Assembly (NCBI GenBank): GCA_026770705.1
Contig: JANJGN010000024.1
Span: 14,818,001-14,882,000 of the forward strand
Source of the DNA: Isurus oxyrinchus
Taxonomy: Eukaryota
Length of the DNA stretch: 64,000 nt
Direction: 5' to 3'
Shown here: one piece after another, positions 1 through 12,900 of the stretch
Layout: each line of letters opens with the position of its first letter
How positions within the stretch are numbered: position 1 is the stretch's first letter
The notes under the pieces: model-generated
Told to the model about the DNA's origin: nothing
The model's input: only the letters and a program-made list of their open reading frames with translations
Database searches by the model: none
Translations under genes and position numbers: made by a program

Positions 1-95
1 CTTGACATGATGGCAGTCAAAAGAAGATCAAATTAAAAGGGAATTCATGACTGAAAACTGATTATAAGTCCGGGATGCCAGCTTCTTACTGACTG

Positions 96-420
96 GGGTT
101 GCCAACTATGATTAAATGTGTTCCTGGAGGTTTTTTCCCATGACTTGAACCCCACGGTCCAACCATCCTTATGATGCACTTCCTTCCTACACCAATGAGA
201 AAGCAAAAAGACTCGATACCCATTTGACTGGCAACCAAACAGCCTTCCCCCCCCACCGCCATTTTCAATATTTTTATATCTGGTAAAGAGAAATGTTCAA
301 AGAAAATGACAGAAAAACAATCTTTTTTAATGCCCCAATGATCTTTCTCCAGGATTGTCCAGGAGATTGATCTTCAATTTCTCGAGACTCCAGGGCAATC
401 TTGGAGGGTTGGCCACCCTA
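96..420. mobile_element. Non-autonomous DNA transposon
   Basis: TIR-like GGGTTGCCAAC...GTTGGCCACCC. Confidence 0.5.
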
Positions 421-1101
421 CTGAGTGGTTCAAAAGCGTGTGGCTGATGGCCACCTCCCCCTGGAGGGAGGGCCGCGTTAAGCTGATTAAGTCAAAATGG
501 TCACCCAGGGCACAGCAATGTTATGCAAACCAGGAAAGTCCCAAGCTCATTGCCAAGTCTGCTATTCTCATTAACCATTGCCGTCTGGACCCATTATGCT
601 GCCAGGGTTCCCGCTCCTGCTGACCTAACCAGTGACCCTCTCTAGGAGAAGCACGCATGCAGTTTCGAAGGAGAATAGGATCAGACTCGGCCCTTAAGCT
701 CTTCATGGTTTAATTGGCAATGCCCAGTGTCTGAGCTCACCCTGAAAGAGTGGCCAATAGGCCATGATAACCTCGGGCTACCGGGTATCCATTAAACTGC
801 AGAAAAAGTATCAGTGTCTTTGAGACAGATGGAGGAATTTAAAAAAAAATTTCTAAGTTTTTTTTTTCAAAAAGTAATAAACTGGGCCGTTTGGTTGTTC
901 AGCTCCTCCCATTCAATGAGATCCTTCGAACCTGTATCCTTTACCATGTGCTCTCTCTAAGGCTTCTCAGATAATTATTTCCTATTCTACATGTTGGGCT
1001 GAATGGCCTGTTTCTGTGCAGTAAATAGTGTTCAAGTACCGTACACAGTTTTTTTTTCCTCATTGCATTTTTTTTATCCCTGCATTTCTTCTCGAATACA
1101 G

Positions 1102-1182
1102 TGCATCTCTTTGTGGCTGAAGGAGCAGAAGAGCTGCCCAAGTTGTACACTCAGCTTCGCAACCTCCTTCTCGCAATCCTAA
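1102..1182 (+). CDS. Terminal coding exon of a RING-finger E3 ligase (RNF214/DZIP3/TTC3-like)
   Basis: Pyrimidine tract + TACAG acceptor; CISLWLKEQKSCPSCTLSFATSFSQS* is the C-terminal half of a RING domain (CIxxWL...CPxC); tandem AATAAA downstream. Confidence 0.75.
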   Translation, partial: CISLWLKEQKSCPSCTLSFATSFSQS

Positions 1183-1515
1183 CTGTGTGAACTGGAATCT
1201 GTGACCCTCATCGACAGACTGACCTTCCGGGAATCCGATCGCTGGGCTTTTTGCTTCAGTGAAGCGAAGCCTCTTGTGGCGCGGTTACAGGACAGGAGTG
1301 TGCACGATACAACATCCCGATTTTGTTGGAGACAGTACTTTGGGGTTCCTGGGACAATTGTGGCATCCTGGATTTGAAACTAATTCATTGACAAGTTCTA
1401 ATCAAAGCTGGCGTCACAACACAAAGATTATTTTGTGAACGGTATGCTGATTTCTTGACTGTGCTATTGGCGCACACTTTAAAAATACTGGGAGGGCTTG
1501 TAATCATTTGCAATT

Positions 1516-1527
1516 AATAAAAATAAA
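1516..1527 (+). terminator. Tandem polyadenylation signals of the RING gene
   Basis: AATAAAAATAAA about 335 nt after the stop, followed by GT/T-rich sequence. Confidence 0.6.
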
Positions 1528-2364
1528 GATCTTCTAAGTATTGGTGTCGACTGAGTATTGCATTGAACTTATAATGCTGGCCTTAGAATTGCTTTCTTAA
1601 CAAGAACCTTCTGGAATATCAAAGAGTTTTGTTTTCAATTCTCCATTCCAACAAAGGGACTTTGTTTTCAGCTTTTCCTCACTGTTAGCCTGGGTGGGGG
1701 AGGTGCAAGTTTGAGCAAGAAGAGGGAGCGTTATTTTTCAGAGACTTTTTTTTCCCCCCCCTTTCTGTGGGGAATCTGTTTTGCTTGTGTTTGGGATCTG
1801 GGTTGGCCAGAGGAGCTTAGGCACCGACTGCATGAGGAATCAGAAGGAGATGGACAAACTACATTCTATAGTGAGGACACGGCCCCAGCAAGGCCTGCTG
1901 TTCAGCGTAATGGTTGTTCCAACATGTTGTTGCCCTTGTGCTAAAAACAGAACATTATGATTTCAGTTAAGGTAAACTACTACCTTCTGCTGCTTTGCAC
2001 TATCAGCAATGAATAGGGAGAATCCATGATGTGAACTAGCTGCTTAGATTAGACCAGGGGTCTGAAGGGAAGGGCCATGGGAGGGCCCTGAGCTCTCTTT
2101 ACCCCCACTAAGCATCATGTGCTGAGTAGACAGTTGCCATCTACAGCAGTTTACAGGAGAGTCCCATATGTGATGAGTCTTCCCTCTGTAAGATTGCAAA
2201 GCTGTCCCAAATTTATTATTCATTGGCAAGCTTGGAAAAGACACAGGTTGGACACCACTTGTGTAATGAATGAAAAAATGCCATTGGAGGCTGCTTTGCT
2301 GAAGATATGGGAGTGGGAGACACACTGGGGCATAATCGAGGCTGTTTTACTCATCAGCATGTAC

Positions 2365-2880
2365 GTAATGCCTTAAACATAACAAAATGTTCCAAAAGAG
2401 CACTATAAAGCAAAATATGATACTGAGCCATACAAGGGGGTGTTAGGTCAAATGACCAAAACCTTGGTGAAAGAGGTAGGTTTTAAGAAGGAAAGGAAGA
2501 TGGAGACGTTTAGGGAGGGAATTCCAAGCAGCTGAAGGCACGGCCACCAATGGTGGAGCGATTAAAATTGGGGATGGTCAATAGGCAAGAATTCATTGAG
2601 TGGAGACGTCTTGGATGGTTGTGGGGCTGGAGGAGATTACAGAGATAGGGAAGGCTGAGGCAATGGAGAGATTTAAAAACAGGGATGAGAATTTTAAAAT
2701 CAAGATGTTATTTTACCAGATGCCAATGCAAGTCAGTGAGCACAGAATTGATAGGGTAGCAGGACTTGGTGAGAGTTAAGACGGTAAAATTTGGGATACC
2801 AGCCAGAAGTGGATGGGAATAGTCAAATTTAGAGATAACAAAGATATGAATGATGCTTTTGGCAACTTTGCATCTAATAG
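2365..2880 (-). mobile_element. L2-like LINE 3' fragment (similar ~37890-38400 on +)
   Basis: AAAGAGGTAGGTTTTAAG...GGGAGGGAATTCCA...CTGAAGGCACGGCCACC pattern typical of L2 3' ends. Confidence 0.6.
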
Positions 2881-5292
2881 TACAAGGACCGAACTGAGTG
2901 CTTGTTGCTGACACTGGGAACCTCAAAAGGGAAAAATATTCCATTCCTCAACACCCTCATGAGCACAAATTTCTTTTTAAAAAAAACCATTCACGTGGAG
3001 GTAGAAATACCATACACATATGCACCTGTTTCATTATAAAAGCTTTTTAATATATTGTTTGATACTCAGTACATTGTCACATAAATTTTTATCCTATAAA
3101 AATTACTTACTGAATACTTCAGCTTAAGTGCTGAATATAAAAAGACAAAATTTATAATGACATCCAGTTTAAACAATAGTGGTTTTTTTATTCTAGTGCA
3201 TTCGGTCCAGAACACAGTCACTGGGACATTATCTTACATGCCAGATTTGTCATGTTGAACTGGTATTGGCTACTTGAATAGTATAAGTTGCAGTGTCCAA
3301 AGTTGTTGCAAATAGATTTCATAGTCCTGTAACATTGGGGGACGAGGTATTTTTTCGTCCTATATTCCAGTGATGACGTACAGCTGATATCCATTCTATG
3401 CAGAGGTGACCCAAGTCTGCAGGTGCTCCAAGAGCAGTAAGTAGCTCAGATTCAGACTGCAGTTTCCAGCACCCTATAACCGTACCTGATTTATACTGCA
3501 GTCTGAGCTTCATAAAAGTCTTAAAAGTAAAGTTCAATTAGCTCTTACCTGTGAGCCTCTGTTATTGAAGCCTCAGTAAAGGATGTTAGTTCTGACACTT
3601 CTCACCGTCTTTGCTGAACAGATTACCATATATCCATTGGCACCTTCTCTCCCACTCATAGGAGACAGCAAGCCACAATCAAATATGAGCTGGTTTTCTT
3701 GTATGTTTAAAATAAAGTTACTGGTTGCTATTCACATAGAATGATTTTAAAAAGCTGTTTTTGAATCAGTACCATCTCCTTTTATACCTCACTATAGTAA
3801 AAGGACTTGAGATATATTTAAGTAATTGCACCTATTGTGACAACAGCTGTTCTATTACTCTCAAGACACTTGGGCTCCTTCCGTTTCATGATACAGTTTA
3901 ATACATAAATCTAAGACTATTAAAAAAACTTAAACCATCACATTTTCATTCATTAAAACACTGATTCTTTTGCTAATCAAGCATAACTTAAGAGTTAAGG
4001 ACAACGAGGGTCAGCGTTTGAGAGTTAGATTAATTACATTAAAGTGGAAATTCAAATTGTGAAGCATAAGCACCTCCTTCCAGTTATTGCTAAGACACCA
4101 TAACTCAACAGGAGTTGAGACTCTTTCCCACCACCCCCAAATCTTTAGTGTAAGTAGTGTTTGGAAAAGATAAATTTAACTGTAGCAAGATAAATTTGAG
4201 AAACTGTCTCTGTACAGTGAGCAATTGGCATTCATGACTCTGGTACCCCAGCACTCCCATTCTTTTGTGCCCTGGAGAGTTATACCCAGCACTGAAGCCA
4301 GAATTTCTCCCCATTAGCCTCAATATTGTCCATTAGCAATGGCTGCAGGATAAAAGCTCAACTGTTTAACAGTGAGAAAGCATTGCAACGTGAGTCACTG
4401 TGTGCTGCTCTTCACTGCTAAATGTATAACACAAGCATACCATTGACAGCAGCTTTGAGGAGAACATCTAGCCTCTCTCTTCTACACAGAACAGTGTGCT
4501 AATCGGGACCATGTGAAAAGGAAAAGCTTGTTAAATATGGGGCAAAATGAAGTAACATGATGTGAATGGAACTTCATTTATTCCAAATCAATACAGACTG
4601 ACTACACGGCATTGGATAACCTCTAGCCGTTGTTGAAATGCCAATGATTACAACGTGTTTAAATTCTTCCCGTGTTTGTCAGGTGTTTCTTGACCGCATT
4701 CATTTCACTAAGCCATTAATGTGACAATTTTGAGCCAAGTATGTTGCTCCAATGCACTGTTCTCATACATCAGTCCTAATCCAAGTATAATCCCAATGTA
4801 AACACGCTCTCTTCAGTAAGTTACTTTGCAGGATTCACCTATATTGCTGATGACACCTCTTGGTACAAGACCTAAATTGAAGCAATGAAATAGACAATGT
4901 TTTTGGTTCTTTAAGATAGTTGAACAGTAAGAAGAACAGGGTATGATTGATGAGTTCACTTCTCCAATTAGATGGGAGAAGGGTTATTAAAATCTGTCCA
5001 CTTGCAGACCAGGAGTAGACTGAGAATGGGACTGTTAATGAAAGGGAAAACTCACCAATAGCAAGCTGCTGTCTTATCACATGGGTAATGGCTCACGAGC
5101 TGAGCTCAAATAACTTCCGTTCCACGCACTACAGAGAGTTGCTAATCTGCCGTGTGTCAGTGGGTGTTCTGATCAAAGACCATTAATAAAATATACAAGG
5201 CACAACAAACAACTGTGGGATACCGCTCCTGAAGATTACATCATGTGATCCACACAAGTACAAGATACTTTCTTCTCTGCACATATTTATTA

Positions 5293-5782
5293 GTTCAGAG
5301 TAGGTTTACCAGACTAATAGCTGGAATGGGCGGATTGTTTTATGAGGAAAGGTTGGGCAGACTAGGCTTGTATCTGCTGGAGTTTAGAAGACTAAGGGGC
5401 GGCTTGATTGAAACATACAAGATCCTGAGGGATCTTGACAGGGTGGATGTGGAGATGTTTCCTCTTGTGGGAGCATCTAGAACTAGGGGTCACTGTTTAA
5501 AAATAAGGGGTCACCCATTTAAAACAGATGAGGTGAAATTTTTTCACTGAGGATCATGAGTCTTTGGAACTCTTCCTGAAAAGGTGGTGGAAGCAGAGTC
5601 TTTGAATATTTTTAAGGCAGTGGTGCATAGATTCTTGGTAAGCATGGGGACGCGAAGTTATCAAGGGTAAGGGGATGCAGATTTCAGGTTACTATTAGAT
5701 CAGCCATGATCTTATTAATTTTAGCAGAGCAGGCTTGAGGGGCTGAATGGCCTATTCCTGCTCCTGGCCCGTATATTCGTAT
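5293..5782 (+). mobile_element. CR1 LINE 3' fragment
   Basis: YEERLGRLGLYLLEFRRLRGGLIETYKI...TRGH. Confidence 0.88.
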
Positions 5783-6101
5783 CAGATTGATGATAATGCA
5801 ATGGCTCATGTTAAATTGTTACTGACTTTAAGACATCTATTACTTTTGGGATTAATTAGAAAATCTTAATTGTACCAATCAAAGACATGGCTAGATGCCT
5901 AACAATGCACATCAGTGCATGGTTATATAGTTTTATTGCGGACCTTTTACCCTTGCAGATATGATCACATGATCCTACATTACAATAGTGACTATAGTCG
6001 AAAAGTACTTCATTGGCTGTAAAGTATTTTGGGACATCCTGAAAGACATTATATAAATATAAAAGTCTTTTATCTGATCAGCAAACTCCAAGATTGTTGG
6101 G

Positions 6102-6327
6102 AAAAGCAAAACACTGCGGATGCTGGAAATTTAAAATAAAAAAACATGCTGGAAAAACTCAGAAGGTCTTCAAGCATCTGTGGAGAGAGAAACAGAGTTA
6201 ACGTTTTGAGCCCAATATGACCCCTCTTTGGAACTCATGAGTCATAATGGACTCGAAACATTAACTCTTTCTCTCTCCACAGATGCTGCCAGACCGGTTG
6301 AGTTTTTCCAACACTTTCTATTTTTAT
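6102..6327. mobile_element. Miniature PLE inverted twin (older)
   Basis: Degenerate TSD TCCAAG(AT/TC)TGTTGGG at 6087-6101 and 6328-6342. Confidence 0.82.
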
Positions 6328-6574
6328 TCCAAGTCTGTTGGGTCTGCCAAGGTGGGGAAAAAAATTACTGGAGTTAACAGCTAGAGTCAACTGGAGGATA
6401 TATTTTTAAACAGTGGCAGCGCTGTGGGGAGGAGGTCCTGTGCTGCAGCGCAGTGCGTAATATCCCTGCCTTTGAGCCAGAGTCCCACTCCAGGACTTAA
6501 TGGCCATGGAAGGTATTTTCATAACGTGGCCAAACAGGTTGATTGTCAACCTGCAAGTCCTTCCAACATGCCTA

Positions 6575-6695
6575 TGGGAGGCAATAAGAGTGGGAGGCAA
6601 TAAGAGTGGGAGGCAATAAGAGTGGGAGGCAATAAGAGTGGGAGGCAATAAGAGTGGGAGGCAATAAGAGTGGGAGGCAATAAGAGTGGGAGGCA
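6575..6695 (+). repeat. Perfect 16-bp minisatellite (TGGGAGGCAATAAGAG) x7.5
   Basis: Seven identical units plus a partial one, no spacers. Confidence 0.95.
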
Positions 6696-7415
6696 CTCCT
6701 GGTCAACTGTGTTTGATGTGCAGTGACACACCTCAAGCTACAGCTTCAGATTGGTGACCTGCTGCAGGAAAAACAAGACATGAACACAGACATAAGCACG
6801 TGCTTGGTCTGTCTCCCTGCATTACTATGAGTGGGGAGTCTTCTAAGTAGTACTATGGCAACGGGTGATGTGCTTCTGTGGAGATCCAGCTAGGATAATT
6901 GTATTCCCCCCTCCCTTGCTGCTCTTCTCTCTCCCAGCTGCTCTCTGGCTAGTGATACATTCTGGTACTCTGTGGAGTTAGACTAGATTTCACACGAGCG
7001 GCTGAAAAAGAAAAATTAATGCATTATTCACCATCAATTCTTGTGCAGAGCTGTGTAACTCCGATAAAATAGGGGCCAGCCACCAGGAGCAACTATACCA
7101 GAGTGAACTGCAGGAAGAAGCTACGTCATCCCTGGTGCAAAGTTGAATGAAATTCTCCAGGCCACAGAACCCCACAGCACAGAAATGGAATAAATTTTGA
7201 ACTCTTGGTTAAAATAACCGAACCTTGCAGCATAAATAAGGGCCAAGGTGTTTGTGACACTCAGTTTGGACGGGATTTGGAAAGGGGAATTTTGTGATGG
7301 GACTGGCTGAATAGCGACTCTCAGTAATGGTGTCATCAGAACGGCATTCACTAATGGGCCTTTACCAATATGATCAAAGCAGCGTGCTCTCTACTGGATG
7401 AGTGTTCCGGAATTT

Positions 7416-7582
7416 TCAGTCTTCCTTCTTGGGAAGGCGGCCCATCTTGGTCCGGATGTTCCTCAGCAGGAAAAAGGCCACAGTGGTGACGGCACAGGTG
7501 ACCTCCGCTATCCAGAACGCCATGTCCCAGCTGTAAATCTTGGCGATCGAACTGAAGGGGAAGCCGGCCAGGAAACCTCCCA
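7416..7582 (-). CDS. SLC37A4: SLC37A4 last coding exon
   Basis: TCCTGCAG acceptor; 167 nt to TGA; [15 protein letters not shown]...[10 protein letters not shown] with a KKXX ER-retrieval motif; the 8 constitutive exons sum to 1287 nt in frame. Confidence 0.97.
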
Positions 7583-7817
7583 CTGCAGGACACAGGACAG
7601 AAGGTGGATTGTCAACGACGGAGGAGGAGCTTCGAGCTACGCATTCCCACAAAATCTATTAAATGGTTTGGTTTTCAGCCAGCGCCACCCTGCCCTGTTG
7701 AATGAGATCGCTAATCGAGTAGTTAATGATGCAGACGGAGCTTTAAAATTTTTGGTACCTTATTGTGTGTATATTTATGAAGTCAGGCAGATCAGATACA
7801 ACACAGCCAGACGGACG

Positions 7818-8461
7818 GGGCAGAACTTATCGTCTCGTGCCGTGCCTGACCCGAACAGAAGTGAAATAGCGCGTGATGATGTCGGGCGAGCGTCCTGACG
7901 TCCACACGTGCTCTCGATCGGCGGGCACACGCACGAGAGGCAGCAGTGCCCCCGCCGACAATTAAGAGGCCTATTAAGGCCCTTAAGCAATTAACTAATT
8001 TGTATTGTTTGTCGCCTGCTCAACTGTTTGGTTGGTGGGCAGGCAAATAGGCCCGGGTGGGCGAATAGGCCCGGGCGGCCTTTACATTTTTTAATGAAAT
8101 CTCATCCATGGGCCAGGTGAGGTTTCCAACGGTTACTGAAAAAAAAAGCATTATTTAACAACCTTTTTTACATGTCCCTCTTCATGTGTTTATATCACCG
8201 GTGATAATGTTTACTGTTGTACTTTAAATTCTTCAGTTCCCTGAGGCTGCTCCCTGCCTTCAGGGACCTTTCAGTCCACACTCCTCCGCGCAGGTGCAGA
8301 CTTTTGCACTCGATCTCCTCCCACCCCCACCCCGGCAGCGCTGAGCGTTTCAGCACATCCTTCACGCTGGCCATTAATTGGCCAGCGTGAAATCGTGGGC
8401 AGCGGTCCGTTTTGCGGCCGCTCCCGGGCCTGCCTGCCCGACGAGGGGAGAAATCCTGCCC
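7818..8461. mobile_element. GC-rich MITE (PIF/Harbinger-like termini)
   Basis: Termini GGGCAGAACTT...AAATCCTGCCC, internal symmetry around an AT-rich centre, no coding capacity; similar remnant at ~13290-13757. Confidence 0.55.
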
Positions 8462-9404
8462 AGAGTAAAACTTCCTCTACCCTCCCCCCAACATTATGCA
8501 GCCTCACGGGCAGCCTGCAATCCAAAGTGAGATTCGTTGTTAATTTACTCCATCAGCCATCTCTATAGCCAGTCTGAGATTGCTCATTCAGTAACAAATT
8601 GTTAGCCGTTGAGTTTTTGGACCCCTGCCCAGTTAACTGGGTTAAGGCTGTCCACAGTTACAGCCAGCAGAGGGAGTGAGGAGACTGTCACCCTTACCAG
8701 TCATTGGTAGAATGCCCAAATCCCTCCGGCTGTACAAGCATGGTCTGGAGTGAAGGACTTTGATGTTTCCCTTTGAGCAAATGCTTGGCTTTCACAGTGC
8801 ATCTCCCAGCTGAGATCAGGAGGTAACTGTGCGAGGAACTACACTCACGGTCTTGCCTGCACTCCCTTGAAGAATATATGTTTGAAAGGATCATCCTTGG
8901 AGAAAACCGCTTCAATCGTCACAGGCGTTACTGGATTCCCAAGTTTAGAATCGAATTTGGACTTATTTTAGTTCCTGCCCCAAATTGGCAGTCACAGTCC
9001 GAGGGCGTGTATATGAAAATACGAAAACAAGAGAGCAGACTGGAGATCACGACAGCTTTAATTATACTGCATCCCGGCAGGATGTGTTGACACTGAATGG
9101 ATGAATTTATGCAGGGATTCTCCAGCTCATGCATTTAGTTTTCCCAGCACTTCTAAGACTCTTCTGAAGTTCAGATGGGGTGGTGTGGGGGGCGGGATGC
9201 ACTGAAAATCCTTTGGAAATTTATTCATGCCTCTAAAAAGTGCTCCACTCCCCATTCAGAAAGGCAATATTAAACCTTCAACTCTGCAACAGAAATCTAA
9301 ATTGGGTGCCTATGGAATAAGACAGTGTTGACCATGTCAAGTTCCCCTGGATAAAGATTGAAGCTGCCTGTCATCATTTAGCTACATTTCTGTTCTTAAC
9401 TCAC

Positions 9405-9543
9405 CATTTGCCATCAAAGCCACGATAGCATGAGATGTCCCAGAAAGGTTAGATGGTGCAGATTCATTGGCTATCACTCCAAACAATGCGATTGGCCCAT
9501 AAGAACAAAAGCCAAAAATGGCTCCCAAGGATAGAATCCATAG
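9405..9543 (-). CDS. SLC37A4: SLC37A4 penultimate coding exon
   Basis: TTCCTAG acceptor, G|GTGAGT donor; 139 nt; [46 protein letters not shown]. Confidence 0.96.
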
Positions 9544-10951
9544 CTAGGAAGAAAGAGAAAGGAGTTTAAATAAAAAAGTGTAAAGATTGTACAGTCTGAA
9601 TATTTAAAAAAAAAATACATTGAGGATATAGGCATCATTGGTAAAGCCACCATATATTGCCCATCCCTAGTTGCCCTTGAAGATGGTAGAACAGCTGCAG
9701 TCCATGCGGTGACAGTGCTCCTTGTGCTGTTCAGTGAAGCGTTCCACAATTCTAACCCAGCAACAATGAAGGAATGGCAATATGTGTTCATGTCAAAGCG
9801 GCGTGACTTTGAGTTTCACCTGCCACCCTTGTCCTCCTAGGTGGTGGATTATGTGGATTTTGGGCGTATACCAGCTACTGCCAAGTAACTTCTTTCTATT
9901 TAATTTATGCTACTGTGGCAGTATTATTGTTGCAAAATGGTCAGAAAGTGCCAAGAAAGGACAGAAATTAACTTGACTATCCTTGTAGGAGACAGGATGC
10001 CATTTTGGTGGGGCTTAAACAAATCAGAGAGTTGCAGATCCAAAACAAAAATGATCACAATAGAGAAAATTTGAGTTGCAGTATTTGGATTTTTAAATTT
10101 TTATTTATTCGTTCATGGGATGAGGGCATCAGTGGCAAGGCCAGCATTTATTGCCCCATCCGTAATAGCTCACAGCCACCTTGAGAGCAATCTTAAAATC
10201 CCTGCAGCCCATGTGCTGTAGGTACACCCACAATGCTGTTAGGAAGGGAGTTCCAGGATTTTGACCCAGAAAACTGAAGATATGGTTCTAAGTCAGGATA
10301 CTGTGTGACTTGGAGGGGAACTTGCAGGCAGTGGTGTTCCCATGCCTCTGCTGCCCTTGTCCTTCGAGGTGGTAGAGGTCACAGGGTGGAAGGTGTTGTT
10401 GAAGGAGCCTTGGCAAGTTACTGCAGTGCAGCTTGTAGAATGTAGATGGTGCACGCTGCTGCCACAACGTGCCAGTGGTGGAGGAAGTGAATGTTTAAGG
10501 TGGTGGATGGACTGCTGTTAAGTGGACTGCATTGTCCTGGACGGTGTCGAGCTTCTTAAGCATAGCTGGAGCTGCACTCATCCAGGCAAGTGGAGAGAGT
10601 GTTCATCACACTCCTGACAGCCTTGTAGCTGGTGGAAAGGCTGAGGGGAGTCAAGAGGCGAGTCACATGTTTGAACCTTCTGTACTTTTAAAAAAAAATT
10701 CCTCACATTTTCAAGCTGCATCAACTTTTGAAAGAAATTCTATAATATAGCATTTTACACATTTACAGTAATGTACAGAACCACAAGTCACTGCCTTGAA
10801 CATGCAATCATTCATTAAAAGCTTTGAAGGAATGCTTGTACAAACAGGTTTCTGCAGATATTAAAAGATGGGAATGTAACATGGATTTAGAAATGGATGC
10901 ACAGAGAAAAAGGACAGGCAAGGCAGAGGGAGAAGAGAGCAAGAGAGAGAC

Positions 10952-11017
10952 CTCATCTTCAGTGAAGTTGGTGATTTGAGTCAGAGGCAAGAAGATTAAT
11001 GTCCAGAGCTCAGTCTC
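10952..11017 (-). CDS. SLC37A4: SLC37A4 alternative 66-nt cassette exon (vG6PT exon equivalent)
   Basis: TTTCCTCAG acceptor, weak GAG|GTCTCT donor; 66 nt, phase 0/0; ETELWTLIFLPLTQITNFTEDE resembles the human 22-aa variant insert at the same position. Confidence 0.85.
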
Positions 11018-11751
11018 CTGAGGAAATAGAGGAAGAACATCACAGACAGGCAATGAAGAGCACAGCAAAATAACTTTTCACAAGAAATTCTGTGCCCATG
11101 TGATTTAGTCACACACAGAATCATACAATGTTTACGGCACAGTAGGGGGCCCTTTGAGTCTGTGCAGGCTCTTTGTAAGAGCAACTCAGCTAGTCCTGCA
11201 CCCCGCCCTTTTCCACACAGCCCTGCTTTCCTCTTTAGATAATTTTGCAATTCCCTTTTGCAAGCCACAACTGATTCTGCTTCCACCACACTCTCAGGCA
11301 GTGAATTCCAGACTCCAAATGCTTTTTAAAACATTCGCTCACGGGATGTGGGCGTCGCTGGCTAGGCCGTCATTTATTTCCCATCCCCAATTGCCCTTGA
11401 GAAGGGGATGGTGAGCTGCCTTCTTGAACTGCTGCAGGCCCTGTGGTGTAGGTACACCCACAGTGCTGTTACGGAGGGAGTTCCAGGATTTTGACCCAGT
11501 GATAGTGAAGGATCGGTGATATATTTCAAAGTCAGGACAGTGAGTGGCTTGGAAGGGAACTTGCATTCATGGTGTTCCCATATGTCTGCTGCCCTTGTCC
11601 TTCTGGATGTTAGTGGTTATGGGTTTGGAAGGTGCTTGGTGAGTTACTACAGTGCATCTTGTAGATGGTACACACTGCTCCTACTGTGTTGGTGGTGGAG
11701 GGAGAATGTTTGTAGAAGGGGTGCCAATCAAGCGGGCTGTTTTATCTTGCA

Positions 11752-12150
11752 CTCGCTGCATAAAAAGGCTTTTCCTCATGTTAACTTTGCTTCCTTTGCT
11801 ATTCATCTTCAATCTGTGCCCTCTGGTTCTCAGCCCTTCCACCAATGGGAGCAGTTTTTCCCTATCTAATCTGTCCTGACCCCTCATGATTTTGAATACT
11901 TCCATAAAATCTCCTCTCAACCTTCTCTTCTCCAATCTATCCATGCAACTGATACTCCTCATCCCTGGAACTATTCTCGGAAATCGTCTCTGCACCTGCT
12001 CTAATGCCTTCACATTCTTCCCAGAGTGTGGTACCCAGAATTGGGCACAATATTACAATTGTTTTATAAAGTTTCACCATAACTTCTTGCTTTTGTATTT
12101 TATGTCTATTTATACAGCCAGGATTACATATGCGTTATTAACTGATTCCT
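11752..12150 (-). mobile_element. CR1 LINE 3' fragment
   Basis: ALEQVQRRF...RRLRGDFMEVFKIM...TRGHRLK. Confidence 0.85.
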
Positions 12151-12786
12151 CAACTTGCCCTTTCCAGCACTGTAATATTATCCTTAAATTCACACTGCCA
12201 TCCCTCCTCCTTTCTTTCCTTCTATAAATTTCCTGAACAGGTTATATCCAGGAATATTTAGTGCCCAGTCCTACCCTTCCTGATCCAGGTCTCCGTTATC
12301 GCCACAACATCATATTCGCCCAATATCAACAGATTTTAATCACATAAGGGATACTGTAGATTTTGAGAGTTGGAGGGGGGGGGATGGTGTGAGTAAGGAA
12401 GCAGTCCATGTAAATACTGAAACAGGAAAAATCAGAATCTACTGAAGTTTGAGCCAAATCCGATTGAACACAAGGGCCAGAAGTTTGAATCGGAGGGCTG
12501 CCCATCATCTCTGCAATGTGTCCCTGCTGGGTGGGTTCAATCAACAAGGACACTAAATGGAACTGCATGCATGCAAGAGGCTCTGAATGGTCAGGCAGAA
12601 GAGATAGAATAGTTTAACGTGCCCAGCAGAATCACAGATGCCAGTCACAAAAACTCTGCCAGACCATCCCACGCCATGGTTCACCAAAGAGTGGGAGAAA
12701 CCTCAGACATCCACAACACCAGGGACAAACCTTATACTTTATGTTCGTCAGGAAAAGGACCAAGAATCAAACTCTATTCTAGTTAC

Positions 12787-12900
12787 CTTGGTAGATTCTG
12801 TAGTTACTGTGACTCTGAAGAGATACAATGATACAGCCATTCCTGTCATCATGGAGAGCAAAAGTCCATGTCGAGGATTCCCATGACTTCGAAGACCTTT
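12787..12900 (-). CDS. SLC37A4: SLC37A4 coding exon 6
   Basis: CTTCCCAG acceptor, AAG|GTAACT donor; 114 nt; [38 protein letters not shown]. Confidence 0.96.

Noticed and set aside
6406-6731. Repetitive ORFs and a CRISPR-like look of the 16-bp repeat
   Set aside because: Pure tandem repeat with no spacers in a vertebrate context; the ORFs are artefacts of the repeat
7398-7898. 166-aa plus-strand ORF
   Set aside because: Antisense to the last SLC37A4 exon and runs into a MITE
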